Of a DNA stretch of 35,677 bases, positions 1-8,675 are shown in pieces. Origin of the DNA: Gemmatimonadales bacterium (lineage in GTDB: Bacteria > Gemmatimonadota > Gemmatimonadetes > Gemmatimonadales > GWC2-71-9); the NCBI GenBank assembly GCA_035707305.1, contig DASSUE010000453.1, forward strand, positions 1 to 35,677. The letters are read 5' to 3'. The translations under genes were made by a program, and so were the position numbers. How positions within the stretch are numbered: position 1 is the stretch's first letter; each line of letters begins with the position of its first letter. Below the pieces are notes generated by a model. The model was not told the DNA's origin and searched no databases. It worked only from the letters and a program-made list of their open reading frames with translations.

Positions 1-1
1 C

Positions 2-271
2 GCCGCCGCGTTCGGCGGCAGCGACGGCCACCCGTACTCGGTGGGGGTGTTCGTCGAGGAGGAGCCCGATGCCCGCGGCCTCTACGGTGCATCGCTCCTC
101 TTTGTCCGGTGGTCGCCGGCGGGTGACCGGCCCGTGGGGCACGTCGAGAGCGGAATCCTCGCGCGCGGCCGGACGCCGGAGGAAGCCCGCGAGCGGATCG
201 GCGCCCTGTCCCTCTACGATGTGAAGGCCGCGCTCGACGAGGCGATCGCCCAGGCACCCGGCGAGTGGTGA
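2..271 (+). CDS. hypothetical protein, 3' part (frame open to left window edge)
   Basis: Frame has no stop from nt 2 to TGA 269-271. Third positions are strongly GC-biased. The stop overlaps the rsgA start region. No family motif recognised. Confidence 0.4.
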   Translation, partial: AAAFGGSDGHPYSVGVFVEEEPDARGLYGASLLFVRWSPAGDRPVGHVESGILARGRTPEEARERIGALSLYDVKAALDEAIAQAPGEW

Positions 272-1173
272 CCGCGCTGGTCGGGACGGTGCTGCAGCGG
301 GACGGCGGCGCGTACCGCGTCGCCACGGCCGCGGGCGAAGTGCGGGCCGTGCTCCGCGGCCGCACCAAGCGGTACGATCCGAAGGTCGTGGTGGGCGACG
401 TGGTTCGGCTCGAGCCCGAGCCCGGCGGTGAGCTCTATGGCGTGGCGGGCGTCGAGCCGCGCCGCTCGCTGCTCGCGCGCCGGGTGCCCGAAGGGCGTGG
501 CAGCCGTGCCGTGGCCGCCAACGTCGACCGGGTCATGGTCGTCACCGCCGCGCGAAATCCCGATCCCATTCCCCAGCTCATCGACCGCCTGCTCGTGCTT
601 GCGGAGGCCAACTCCCTTCCCGCCGCGGTGGTGATCAACAAGATCGATCTGGACCCCGCGACGCCCCTCGGCGAGCGCATGCGCGCGGCCGGCTACCCGG
701 TGTACCGCACCAGCGCCAAGTCGCAGGAAGGCATCGCCGAGCTGGCCGACGCCATCACCGGCCGCATCTCGGTGGTGACCGGGCCATCGGGGGCGGGGAA
801 GTCGAGCCTGCTGAACGCGGTCGAGCCCGGGTTGAAGCTCCGGACCCGGGAGGTGAGCGCCCGCGTCGGGCGGGGACGGCACACCACCGTGTCCGCAGTG
901 ATGATCCCGTTGAGCGGCGGCGGCTTCCTGATGGATACGCCCGGGTTCAGCGAGGTGGGACTTTGGGGGATCGGTGCCCGCGATCTGGCGCAGTGCTTTC
1001 CCGAGATGCGTCCGCTGGCCGACGAGTGCCGCTATGGCGATTGCCGCCATCTCGCGGAGCCGGGGTGCGGCGTCAGGGCGGGCGTGGCCGACGGCCTGGT
1101 GGCGGAGGATCGCTACCAGAGCTACCGCGCGCTGCTGGCCGAGATCGAAGCTCTGCCGAAGGAGTGGGAGTAG
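265..1173 (+). CDS. rsgA: ribosome small-subunit-dependent GTPase A (circularly permuted GTPase)
   Basis: 302 aa with G motifs in the permuted RsgA order: NKIDL (G4), GPSGAGKSSLLN (Walker A), DTPGF (G3). C-terminal zinc knuckle CRYGDCRHLAEPGC. GTG start. Confidence 0.93.
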   Translation: MVTALVGTVLQRDGGAYRVATAAGEVRAVLRGRTKRYDPKVVVGDVVRLEPEPGGELYGVAGVEPRRSLLARRVPEGRGSRAVAANVDRVMVVTAARNPDPIPQLIDRLLVLAEANSLPAAVVINKIDLDPATPLGERMRAAGYPVYRTSAKSQEGIAELADAITGRISVVTGPSGAGKSSLLNAVEPGLKLRTREVSARVGRGRHTTVSAVMIPLSGGGFLMDTPGFSEVGLWGIGARDLAQCFPEMRPLADECRYGDCRHLAEPGCGVRAGVADGLVAEDRYQSYRALLAEIEALPKEWE

Positions 1174-1177
1174 ACGA

Positions 1178-1495
1178 TCACTTCTTCTTGGTCCATCGCG
1201 CGTCGTCGCGGTGCTCGACCTTGGCCATCATGCGGTCGAACGCCGCCTCCAGATCGATCCCCTCCCGATTCGCCATGCAGATCACCACGAACAGGATGTC
1301 CGCCATCTCCATGGCGACGTCACCATCGGGCTCCTCGGCCTTCTTGGTCTTCTGCCCGTAGCGGTGGTTGATCTCGCGGGCCAGCTCGCCCACCTCCTCG
1401 GTGAGGCGCGCGATGTTGGTGAGCGGGTGGAAATAACCCTCCTCGAATTGGGAGACCCAGGCATCCACCCGGCGCTGCGCTTCGCTGAGAGACAT
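1178..1495 (-). CDS. MazG-type nucleotide pyrophosphohydrolase domain protein
   Basis: 105 aa, all-helical. EEVGELAREI and AMEMADILFVV acidic metal-binding helices are typical of small MazG-family proteins. Convergent with rsgA, 4-nt gap. Confidence 0.85.
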   Translation of the reverse strand: MSLSEAQRRVDAWVSQFEEGYFHPLTNIARLTEEVGELAREINHRYGQKTKKAEEPDGDVAMEMADILFVVICMANREGIDLEAAFDRMMAKVEHRDDARWTKKK

Positions 1496-1505
1496 GGTTC
1501 AGTCC

Positions 1506-2255
1506 TTATCGATCCCAGATGGCGATGACGCACTGGCCGTCGCGGTTGCGGCTCGCGTCCCGGAATTCGAGCGGGGCGTGATTCTGCTCGTAGATCTCGA
1601 TGCCGTCAATGTCCTCGGGGCGCGTGAGGCGCAGGAAGAACGCTTTGTCGCTGTCCGGCACGAACCAGCCGTTCAGCCAGAGGACGAAGCCTCCACGGCA
1701 GGACCTGCTGACCAGCTCGGGGTCGAGCGATGCGGGGTTGATGAATCGGAACCCGGGCAATTGACTGAGTCCGCGCACGAGATTCAGGGAGTCAAGCCGC
1801 AGGAGGGTATCCCGCTCGAGAAACCGGGCCCGGATGCTGGCACGGCGCCGATAGAAGCCGACACTCTCCAGCCGCGGTCTCCGGCCGGTGACCGAGAGCT
1901 CCGGCAGAGTTTGGGCCGACCGCGTGAGCCTGATCGCCGCGTCGGCCCGGCCGCCGAACAGCTGGACCGTAGCCTTCAGCGGGTAAAACCCGATGGCGCT
2001 CACCTCGATCCGATGAGACCCGGCTGACAGGGAGTCGAAGCGAAACACCCCGTTCCGGTCGGTTTGGGTGCGGCGCAAGCTGTCGAGGAGGACGACTGCA
2101 TGCTCAACCGGTCCACCTTCGGCCGTCACCCGACCCATGAGGGTAGCCGACGCATCAGGTTGCTGGCTGTAGCCCAGCTCCGCGCCGGCGAGGATGGCGA
2201 AGCCGGCCAGCCAGGCGAGCCGGCTAACTGGCAGGAAACAGCGACCCAGACCCAC
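1506..2255 (-). CDS. secreted CarboxypepD_reg-like beta-sandwich protein with plug-like C-terminal region
   Basis: GTG start with GGAGG 7 nt upstream. N-terminal signal peptide. GRVTAEGGPVEHAVVLLDS...TDRNGVFRFDSLSAGSHRIEVSAIGF matches the carboxypeptidase-regulatory-like fold. Lies 10 nt upstream of the mazG-like gene. Confidence 0.65.
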   Translation of the reverse strand: MGLGRCFLPVSRLAWLAGFAILAGAELGYSQQPDASATLMGRVTAEGGPVEHAVVLLDSLRRTQTDRNGVFRFDSLSAGSHRIEVSAIGFYPLKATVQLFGGRADAAIRLTRSAQTLPELSVTGRRPRLESVGFYRRRASIRARFLERDTLLRLDSLNLVRGLSQLPGFRFINPASLDPELVSRSCRGGFVLWLNGWFVPDSDKAFFLRLTRPEDIDGIEIYEQNHAPLEFRDASRNRDGQCVIAIWDR

Positions 2256-2469
2256 GCATTCACCTCCGGCAACCGCGGGCGAGTCCCGGCCCCTCCAGCC
2301 GGTCTCTTGTGTCCTGATTGCACGTTGTCCGGTTTGACGGAGATTTGGAAGATTCGCCTTGACCGACTCGCTATCGGCCGGTCCAGGCTAACGCCAGTAA
2401 GTTGCCGCCGCGCGGATGATTCCCACACGGGCACCGCGCTCCCACCCTGCCGCTCAACGGCCGAGATCT

Positions 2470-2600
2470 CACTACCGCCTTGCGTGAACAGGATAACGCG
2501 CCGTCGGCGGACCAGGTCAGGGCAGTACCAGGCAGCGTGGTAACCCGCTGAGTATCGGAGCCATCCGGCCTGAGCACCCCGATGCCTGATAGGCTGGCGT
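2470..2600 (-). pseudogene. possible PD40/TolB-repeat gene fragment (no start, isolated)
   Basis: Minus-strand translation GIGVLRPDGSDTQRVTTLPGTALTWSADGALS resembles one PD40 blade (PDG...T...WSxDG) like those in the kinase C-termini of this window. No plausible start and no continuation. Confidence 0.3.
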
Positions 2601-2657
2601 CGTCCGTGGCGATCCCAGGAACTCGCCGGAGGGGGATAATCGTGGAGCTTGGTGTGA

Positions 2658-2816
2658 CTATGCTGCTGGCCTTAGTTGCATGGGCGGACCCACGCCCGGC
2701 TTCACGACGTTTCCTCCTTCCAGACGGTCGCCGGTGCTGCCCCACACCTTGCGTGAAAAGGTGAGCTGCTCGCCCGCGCCATTCTCGATGGTGTGGGGGT
2801 AGGTGTAGCGAGTCAT
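2658..2816 (-). pseudogene. cupin-domain protein, N-terminal 52-codon remnant
   Basis: MTRYTYPHTIENGAGEQLTFSRKVWGSTGDRLEGGNVVKPGVGPPM matches the usual N-terminus of small cupins, which continue PPMHxH. Here the frame stops 6 codons after GPPM and no other frame continues the fold. Confidence 0.5.
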
Positions 2817-3244
2817 AGTCGGGGGTTGCTGAGCACGCGCTCGCTGAAGTAGCCGGGGCCGTAGGACGTGAGCGCGAGGAGGGCCGCGACGCTGACGACC
2901 AACGGCGGCATCGCCCCGGTGAGCGCAAAGCCGACGGCCGCGATGCCGCCGCCGCTCTCGCAGAGGGCCCACACCAGCAGCGCCCGCGCGATGACGTCGT
3001 CGCGGTCGAGATAGATCTGCTCCGTTTGCCCGACGGGCCGTCGGGGAACCCGGGGGCTCATTATCAGCAAGCCGACCAACACGGAGGCCAGCCCCGCACC
3101 AGCGAGAACGAAAGCGATCAGGGTGCGCCCGGCCTCGAGCGTGAGGAACGGAACCAGACCCCGATACTTGAGGAGGACGAAAACGACGAGGAGAAGCGCA
3201 ACGCCGGCGACGAGCGATCGGTGCAGCACGCGGGCCCGGCTCAT
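2813..3244 (-). CDS. small integral membrane protein (about 4 TM), unknown function
   Basis: 143 aa. Its ATG (3244-3242) overlaps the TGA (3243-3241) of the upstream gene as ATGA, indicating translational coupling. Four hydrophobic segments. The 407-aa ORF-track version is an upstream extension through the neighbouring gene. Confidence 0.6.
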   Translation of the reverse strand: MSRARVLHRSLVAGVALLLVVFVLLKYRGLVPFLTLEAGRTLIAFVLAGAGLASVLVGLLIMSPRVPRRPVGQTEQIYLDRDDVIARALLVWALCESGGGIAAVGFALTGAMPPLVVSVAALLALTSYGPGYFSERVLSNPRL

Positions 3245-4776
3245 CCCCACACCCGCGCGATCCGGCGGGGCAGCGCCACCAGCAGAGCGTCCAGCAGCCA
3301 GCCCAAACCGTACAGCACCCCTGCTGCGGCGAATGCACTCGCCGCCAGCACTACGGCCAGAAGCAGCGCGGCCACGGTGAGCCATCCGGCCGCCCCGGCG
3401 AACTCGCGCGCGACCTCGCCCAGCGATGGAGGCTGGGCAGGGCGATCGGTGACCCCGCCGAGTCGCTCGAGCCGCCGGAGCCGCCCCTCGAGCGGGAGCT
3501 GCATCCGGAGCAGCACGCTGGTCACATCGGTCCTCGTTTGATCGCGGTCGACCTCGGGGTCCCAGACTGGAAAGAGGAAGTGCACGGGCACGCCGCCCGG
3601 CACCTTCATGTCCAGCCCGGCAAGGGTTCGAAGCGCGGTTGCCAGCGCCTCGGGGTGGCGCGTGAGCTGCACCGCCGTGGCGTCCGCCAGGCGCCGCTGC
3701 GTTCGCCACAGAAAGGCGACCAGCGGACCCATGAGCAGCGCCGTGAGCCAGATGACCGTCTTGGCGAAGATCGCGACCACCGCCACGCTGAGGAGCAGCG
3801 GCAGATAGACGAACATGAGCGCCAGCGGATGCCAGTCCGGGAGCATCTCCAGTTCCTCGGAATCCATGTCGAGCTCGTGCCCTGCGCCCTCGAGCAGGTG
3901 GTCGAGCGCGAGCTCGCGACTTGGCGCGTCCGCCGTTCCTTGCACCGTGCGCCAGCCGATGCGCCCGACGAGCACGAGACTCGCCCGGGCGGCGCTCAGG
4001 AACGGCGCCTCCAGTAGCAGCGTGATGAGGCCCCACGTCTGCAGCAGGGTCAGGATCTCAGCCGCGAGGGTGAGGTCGCCGTTGCCGACGGAGCTCATCA
4101 CGTGCGCGATGACTGCCTGCTGGGCGTCCCGCGGAAGCCGATCCACGAACCCGCGAGTCACGATGACCGACGCGTTATCCATCGTGAGCCCGGCGGCGCC
4201 GACGTTCGCCGCGGGCGTGTCGATCAACAGCACGTGGGGCGGCGGGACGCCTGCGGCGACGGCCACCTCTTCGACCAGATTCGCGAGGCGCTGCTCGGCC
4301 AGGTCGCCGGGCAGGGGCGGCCGAGTCTCCATCCGGCGGAGCGGCCCGCCGACTCCGGTACGCCGGAAGATCAGGCGCACGAGCGCCCAGAGCACCAGGG
4401 TGAGAAGGACGCCCGGGAGGACGAAGAGTCCGACCAGCCAGTCCCACGGCAGATCTACGTCGGATTGTCGGAGCCCGGTCCACATGGTCGGCAACAGATG
4501 AAACACGCGATCGAGCCACGCGGACAGGGCGGGGACGTCTACCACGAGGTCGGCCAATCGCACCAGCACGGCGAAGAACCCCACGACCAGCGGCGAGATC
4601 ATGATGGAGAGGGGGATGCCCGACACGGCGAGCACCACGACCACCAACGCGGCCGACACCGCGCCGGTCCGGCGGTGGCGACGCTGCTCGTCCAGGAAAT
4701 GGATCCGCGGGGTGGCGAACGGGGGGATCCGCTCAGGTCGGGAGGCGGCGCCGGGACCGGTGATGGAAGGCTTCAT
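3241..4776 (-). CDS. M48/HtpX-like membrane protein with degenerate zinc motif (predicted inactive peptidase homologue)
   Basis: 511 aa, multi-TM. VIVTRGFVDRLPRDAQQAVIAHVMSSVGNGDL aligns to the M48 block ...GLL..L..dEl.aVlaHElgHi.ngD, and RRLADATAVQLTRHPEALATALRTL aligns to the distal E..AD..a..lT..P..L..AL.KL block. HEXXH is replaced by HVMSS (nt 4090-4104). Confidence 0.7.
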   Translation of the reverse strand: MKPSITGPGAASRPERIPPFATPRIHFLDEQRRHRRTGAVSAALVVVVLAVSGIPLSIMISPLVVGFFAVLVRLADLVVDVPALSAWLDRVFHLLPTMWTGLRQSDVDLPWDWLVGLFVLPGVLLTLVLWALVRLIFRRTGVGGPLRRMETRPPLPGDLAEQRLANLVEEVAVAAGVPPPHVLLIDTPAANVGAAGLTMDNASVIVTRGFVDRLPRDAQQAVIAHVMSSVGNGDLTLAAEILTLLQTWGLITLLLEAPFLSAARASLVLVGRIGWRTVQGTADAPSRELALDHLLEGAGHELDMDSEELEMLPDWHPLALMFVYLPLLLSVAVVAIFAKTVIWLTALLMGPLVAFLWRTQRRLADATAVQLTRHPEALATALRTLAGLDMKVPGGVPVHFLFPVWDPEVDRDQTRTDVTSVLLRMQLPLEGRLRRLERLGGVTDRPAQPPSLGEVAREFAGAAGWLTVAALLLAVVLAASAFAAAGVLYGLGWLLDALLVALPRRIARVWG

Positions 4777-4847
4777 CTGGCGGGGATCCCGAAAGTCTGG
4801 CTGCCCTGATTTTGCACCGGAGATAGAACTCGCTCAAGCAGGCTCTC

Positions 4848-5243
4848 CTAGTCGAAGCACGGCCCGTCGCAGGAGCTCAGCCAGATCAGGAAAGCTGCCC
4901 CGACCGCGAGCGCGGCGCCGCCGGCCACGCCCAGGACCAGCCCCGCCGTCTTGCCAGCGCTGAAGCGCCGCACCTCGACTTCGCGGACATCTTGAAGCGC
5001 CAACCGGGCTTCGGCACTGTCCGGACCGATGCCGAACATCGAGTCGTTTCGAACCGTCGGGTGTCGAAGGATCAGGATCGAGCCATCCGACCGGGTGACA
5101 CGCACAACCTCGGGGTGCTCGGCCGGAACCAGCTGCGCGGGGGCGAGTGCCTCGGACCGCCAGCTGTGACAGCTGGCCATGTGAAGCACGAGCAGCGACG
5201 TCGCGATCGAGCGATGACATGGCCTCGGGCCGGGCATTCGCAT
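4848..5243 (-). CDS. hypothetical lipoprotein
   Basis: 131 aa with an N-terminal signal and a cysteine after LVLHMAS-C. C-terminal hydrophobic segment. No family motif. Confidence 0.5.
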   Translation of the reverse strand: MRMPGPRPCHRSIATSLLVLHMASCHSWRSEALAPAQLVPAEHPEVVRVTRSDGSILILRHPTVRNDSMFGIGPDSAEARLALQDVREVEVRRFSAGKTAGLVLGVAGGAALAVGAAFLIWLSSCDGPCFD

Positions 5244-5304
5244 CCCCCTTCCGGACCGGGACGTTCGCCGAGGCCCGGCAAGCCCGAGTCAAGCGCCCAG
5301 CCGG

Positions 5305-5794
5305 TCACCACTTCTCGTCTGCTGTGGGCCCGTAGATCTGCGGCAGCGGCACGTCGACCTGCCGCAGGTAGACCGTAAGCTGGCCCCGATGGTGGATCAG
5401 GTGGTTCAGATGGCTGGCGAACGACCTCCCCCCTCGGCGCGGTGAACAGGACTCGCTCCCCGAGCCTGAGCGACCACGGTTCGGCGAGTCGGGCACCCAC
5501 GACCGAGCCGAGCGCCTCCCGGGCCTGCTGCACGTTGCCATCGAACACTTGCAACAGCTTGTCGGTGGGCTCGAAGCTGTACCCGCCCGCGGCGCCGAGG
5601 TCGATGTGGGGCTCGTGCAGGGTGCTCGCGATCCATCCCGGCATCCAAGAGATCAGCTGCGCCAGGTGGCCCAGCGCGAACGACTTCTCGTGCGGCTTCC
5701 ACTGCCCCTTCTCGGTCGGCACGCGCTCGAGAAGCTTCCGGGTGGACGCCATTTCCAGGTCGAACTCCTTGAGGGGGATAGCGGGCTGGCTCAT
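5305..5794 (-). pseudogene. DinB-family (DinB_2-like) protein, interrupted by a +1 frameshift
   Basis: N-terminal 122 codons (MSQPAIPLKEFDLEMASTRKLLERVP...LFTAPRG) lie in one frame. The C-terminal part (RSFASHLNHLIHHRGQLTVYLRQVDVPLPQIYGPTADEKW, the DinB HHRGQ signature) lies in another. The switch maps to a C6 run at 5428-5433. Start ATG 5794 overlaps the stop of the upstream ABM gene (ATGA). Confidence 0.75.
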
Positions 5795-6111
5795 AGAGGT
5801 TTCCGTACCTCGTAATGGGCCGAGCGGGCGTCGAACCGATGCAGGAGCGCCCGCGCTGAGGGAGGGACCACAGCGATCTCGTAGTCTGCCCCGGCGAACG
5901 CTCGCACGGCGTCGAAAGAATCGAACCACATCATGGTGACGAACTCGACGAGGTCGTCGGCCGGTCGCCGGAGCAGCTCGATACCCCTGTAACCCGGAAT
6001 CTCGCGCTCGGCGATTCCCTGAAAGATCTCCGAGCGAAGCAGCCGCTCGTATGCATCGGCATTTTCCGGGGTGGTCCACCCGTGCCAGATCCGGCAGATC
6101 ACAGCAGCCAC
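5791..6111 (-). CDS. antibiotic-biosynthesis-monooxygenase (ABM/Dabb) domain protein
   Basis: 106 aa, ferredoxin-like. RIWHGWTTPENADAYERLL...MMWFDSFDAVRAFAG is typical of ABM-domain proteins. Confidence 0.75.
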   Translation of the reverse strand: MAAVICRIWHGWTTPENADAYERLLRSEIFQGIAEREIPGYRGIELLRRPADDLVEFVTMMWFDSFDAVRAFAGADYEIAVVPPSARALLHRFDARSAHYEVRKPL

Positions 6112-6344
6112 CAGTACAGCCAGACGAGCAGCGCCGTCATGAGAACCCCTCCACCGCAGTCTGATGCGACCGCACCCCGGCCATCAGGCGGCGGGCGCCG
6201 GCATCGCGCGACCAGTCGATCGCCGCCTGAACCTCCGGTGAGACGCTCGAACGTAATGAGCGCCCACACCTTGGCAGCGATCTGAATGCGCTCCGCCTCC
6301 CGCTGCTCTTCGTCGGCCTGCTCCTGGACCGCCTCCGGAACCAT
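6099..6344 (-). CDS. hypothetical acidic protein with C-terminal hydrophobic tail (weak call)
   Basis: 81-aa version of ORF 6099..6524, starting at ATG 6344. Third-position GC is only moderate (about 70-80% in stretches counted by hand). No SD and no family motif. Overlaps the ABM start by 13 nt. Confidence 0.2.
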   Translation of the reverse strand: MVPEAVQEQADEEQREAERIQIAAKVWALITFERLTGGSGGDRLVARCRRPPPDGRGAVASDCGGGVLMTALLVWLYWWLL

Positions 6345-6538
6345 CACGTACCCCGGCGTCGCCGGCGCCGGCAGCTGCTCGGAAGGCTGTTCGGCTATGA
6401 TCGGGTTCAGAGTGGCCCGGTGTCCTTCGGAATTCCGCCAAGTGTAGTGCTTAGCGGAGGACGATCCAAGGTGGCGGGTAGCAACCGTTACCGGTCCGGA
6501 CGTGTCAGAGTCGTGTCTCCCCACGCCCAGGTCGCACG

Positions 6539-8278
6539 ATGACCAAGCTGCGCACGGGAATCGCGCTCGTCGTAGTCACGGCGCTCGTTTTCGCATGGCG
6601 GCCCGCGGCCGCTCAGGAGGCCGTTCCCGACCTCACCGGCCTCTGGGCCGCGAAAGTCCGCTTCGGGCCCGACATCCGTGGCCCAGTCGCGCTGCTTCGA
6701 GCCGGGACCGGCTGGCGCGCCGACATCGCGGGTTACTCGGTCGCCGCCGGGGTCGATGACCAGCGGATATCGTTCGAGCTTCCGGACGGGAAGGGGAGAT
6801 TCCGTGGCAAACTGGGCGGGCGATCCATCGTGGGCCATTGGATTGGACGCCCGACCTACAACAGCGGCCTTGCGTACGCGACGCCGGTCGTGCTCCAGGC
6901 TGACGGCCCGAACCGGTGGCGTGGCGAGGTGATCCCGCTCGAGGACTCCTTCACCTTCTATATGCCGGTCACTCGGCGCGCGGATGGGACCTACGCGGCC
7001 TACCTGCGCAACCCCGAGCGCAATCAGGGGCGGTTCATTCCCGTTTCCCGCGTGGAGCGCAAGGGCAACGTGGTGAAGCTCCTCGGCGGCAGCGACGGCG
7101 AGGCCGATGCCGCGGTGGTCGAGGGACGCTACGACGAGGGCGTCATGCGGCTGCCGCTCCGCGGGGCGAGCTTCGATTTCACGAAGGCCGACAGCGATTT
7201 CTCCAGTCCCTTCTATCCGCGCGGAAAGCGAAGCGAACGGTACCGCTATTCCCAGCCGCTCCGGCTCGACGACGGTTGGCCGGTCGCGACCCTCGAAGAG
7301 GCGGGCATCTCCCGGAAGGGAATAGAAGCATTCGTGCAGATGCTGGTCGACATGCCGATGGATTCGCTGTCCACGTCGCAGATCCACAGCCTCCTCATCG
7401 CCCGGCACGGCAAGCTCGTGCTCGAGGAGTACTTCCACGGCTACCATCGCGACCGGCCTCACGACACCCGCTCGGCGGCGAAGAGTTGGGTGGCCGTGCT
7501 GCTCGGTGCGGCTATGCAGGCGGGCGTCCCGATCCGGCTCGACACGCCGGTGTATCGGACGATGCTGGCGTCAGTGCCCGGTGACCTGGACCCGCGCAAG
7601 CGGGCGATGACGCTCGAGCACCTGATCTCGATGACGGCAGGGTACGACTGTTCGGGCGAATCGGCGCCCGGCGACGAGGACGTGATGATGAGCCAGACCG
7701 AAGAGCCGAACTGGTACCGCTACACCCTGAACGTTCCGATGGTGACCGCGCCGGGCGACACCATCGTCTACTGCAGCATCGAGCCCAACCTCGCCGCCGG
7801 CATTTTGCAGAAGATCTCCGGCGAGCCGCTGCCGGAACTATTCTATCGCCTGGTGGCAGAGCCGCTCAGGATGCGGAACTACCATCTGCTCCTGTCGCCG
7901 ACCGGCGACGCCTACGGCGGGGGCGGCCATCACTTTCTCCCCCGGGACTTCCTGAAGCTGGCGCAGCTCATGGTCAATGACGGCCGCTGGAACGGCCGGC
8001 AGATCATGAGCCGGGAGTGGGCCCGGTCATCGGGGGCGGCGCTTCGCAACCTGAGCCCGAGCCAGCAATACGGCTGGCTGTGGAACTCGGTCGAGTACCC
8101 CTACAAAGGCCGCAACGTTCGCGCGTTCTTCGCAGCCGGGAACGGCGGGCAGATCTTCATGGGGATTCCCGATCTGGATCTCGCGATCGGCTTCACCGGC
8201 GGCAACTACGCCGATGCGGCGATGTTCATCCCGGGTGGGGTGTTCGTTCCCCGATACTTACTCCCTGCGGTCGATTAG
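6539..8278 (+). CDS. secreted serine hydrolase, beta-lactamase/PBP (class C-like) family with N-terminal extra domain
   Basis: 579 aa with a signal peptide (ALVFAWRPAAAQE). SxxK motif at DTRSAAKSW after IHSLLIARHGKLVLEEYFHGY. Long C-terminal part typical of beta-lactamase-related esterases. Confidence 0.88.
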   Translation: MTKLRTGIALVVVTALVFAWRPAAAQEAVPDLTGLWAAKVRFGPDIRGPVALLRAGTGWRADIAGYSVAAGVDDQRISFELPDGKGRFRGKLGGRSIVGHWIGRPTYNSGLAYATPVVLQADGPNRWRGEVIPLEDSFTFYMPVTRRADGTYAAYLRNPERNQGRFIPVSRVERKGNVVKLLGGSDGEADAAVVEGRYDEGVMRLPLRGASFDFTKADSDFSSPFYPRGKRSERYRYSQPLRLDDGWPVATLEEAGISRKGIEAFVQMLVDMPMDSLSTSQIHSLLIARHGKLVLEEYFHGYHRDRPHDTRSAAKSWVAVLLGAAMQAGVPIRLDTPVYRTMLASVPGDLDPRKRAMTLEHLISMTAGYDCSGESAPGDEDVMMSQTEEPNWYRYTLNVPMVTAPGDTIVYCSIEPNLAAGILQKISGEPLPELFYRLVAEPLRMRNYHLLLSPTGDAYGGGGHHFLPRDFLKLAQLMVNDGRWNGRQIMSREWARSSGAALRNLSPSQQYGWLWNSVEYPYKGRNVRAFFAAGNGGQIFMGIPDLDLAIGFTGGNYADAAMFIPGGVFVPRYLLPAVD

Positions 8279-8338
8279 CGAGTCTGCATCGCCGGCAGGT
8301 CGCAGAGCCCGTCCGGCCACGCTTGCCTTGGCCGCCTA

Positions 8339-8675
8339 CCCGGCCATATTCGACCCACCAGCACCCGAACCATCGTGAGCGAAATCCCTTCACGGCTCGT
8401 GGGGCCACTCCGCGACCGCTACCGCTTCGTGCGCGAGTTGGGGACCGGCGGCATGGGATCGGTCTACCTCGCCGAGGACCTGAAGCACCACCGCAAAGTC
8501 GCGGTGAAGGTCCTGCACCCGCACCTCGCCGCGTTGCTCGGCACCGAGCGCTTTCTTCGCGAGATCGAGGTCGCCGCCCAACTCCAGCACCCGGCGATCC
8601 TCCCGCTGCACGACAGCGGCGAGGCGGACGGTTACGTCTACTACATCATGCCCCACGCGGACGGCGAGTCGCTCG
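8339..8675 (+). repeat. copy 1 of duplicated kinase 5' region (leader plus first 100 codons)
   Basis: Aligns colinearly with 10393-10728. An identical 22-mer, CCCGGCCATATTCGACCCACCA, sits at 8339-8360 and 10393-10414. Hand alignment gives 31 mismatches in the first 300 coding nt. Confidence 0.9.
8375..8675 (+). pseudogene. Ser/Thr protein kinase, N-terminal fragment (subdomains I-IV only)
   Basis: GTG start. MSEIPSRLVGPLRDRYRFVRELGTGGMGSVYLAEDLKHHRKVAVKVLHP...YYIMP parallels residues 1-100 of the kinase at 10429. Homology stops at GESL (8675), before the HRD and DFG motifs. The open frame then runs on antisense to a protease remnant. Confidence 0.8.

Noticed and set aside
2511-2545. ACCAGGTCAGG... 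resembling the conserved SRP (4.5S) RNA domain IV sequence
   Set aside because: Only 11 nt match. The following sequence cannot form the GNRA-capped helix with symmetric and asymmetric loops. The stretch is better explained as a PD40-like coding remnant on the opposite strand.
2813-4036. 407-aa version of the small membrane protein ORF
   Set aside because: The upstream 260 codons overlap the M48-like gene in another frame and are Arg/Ala/Gly-rich. The ATG at 3244, with its ATGA overlap, is the credible start.
6099-6524. Full 141-aa minus ORF between the ABM and beta-lactamase-like genes
   Set aside because: The N-terminal part has no RBS or motif and runs into the divergent promoter region. 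Only the shorter 81-aa version is kept, at low confidence.
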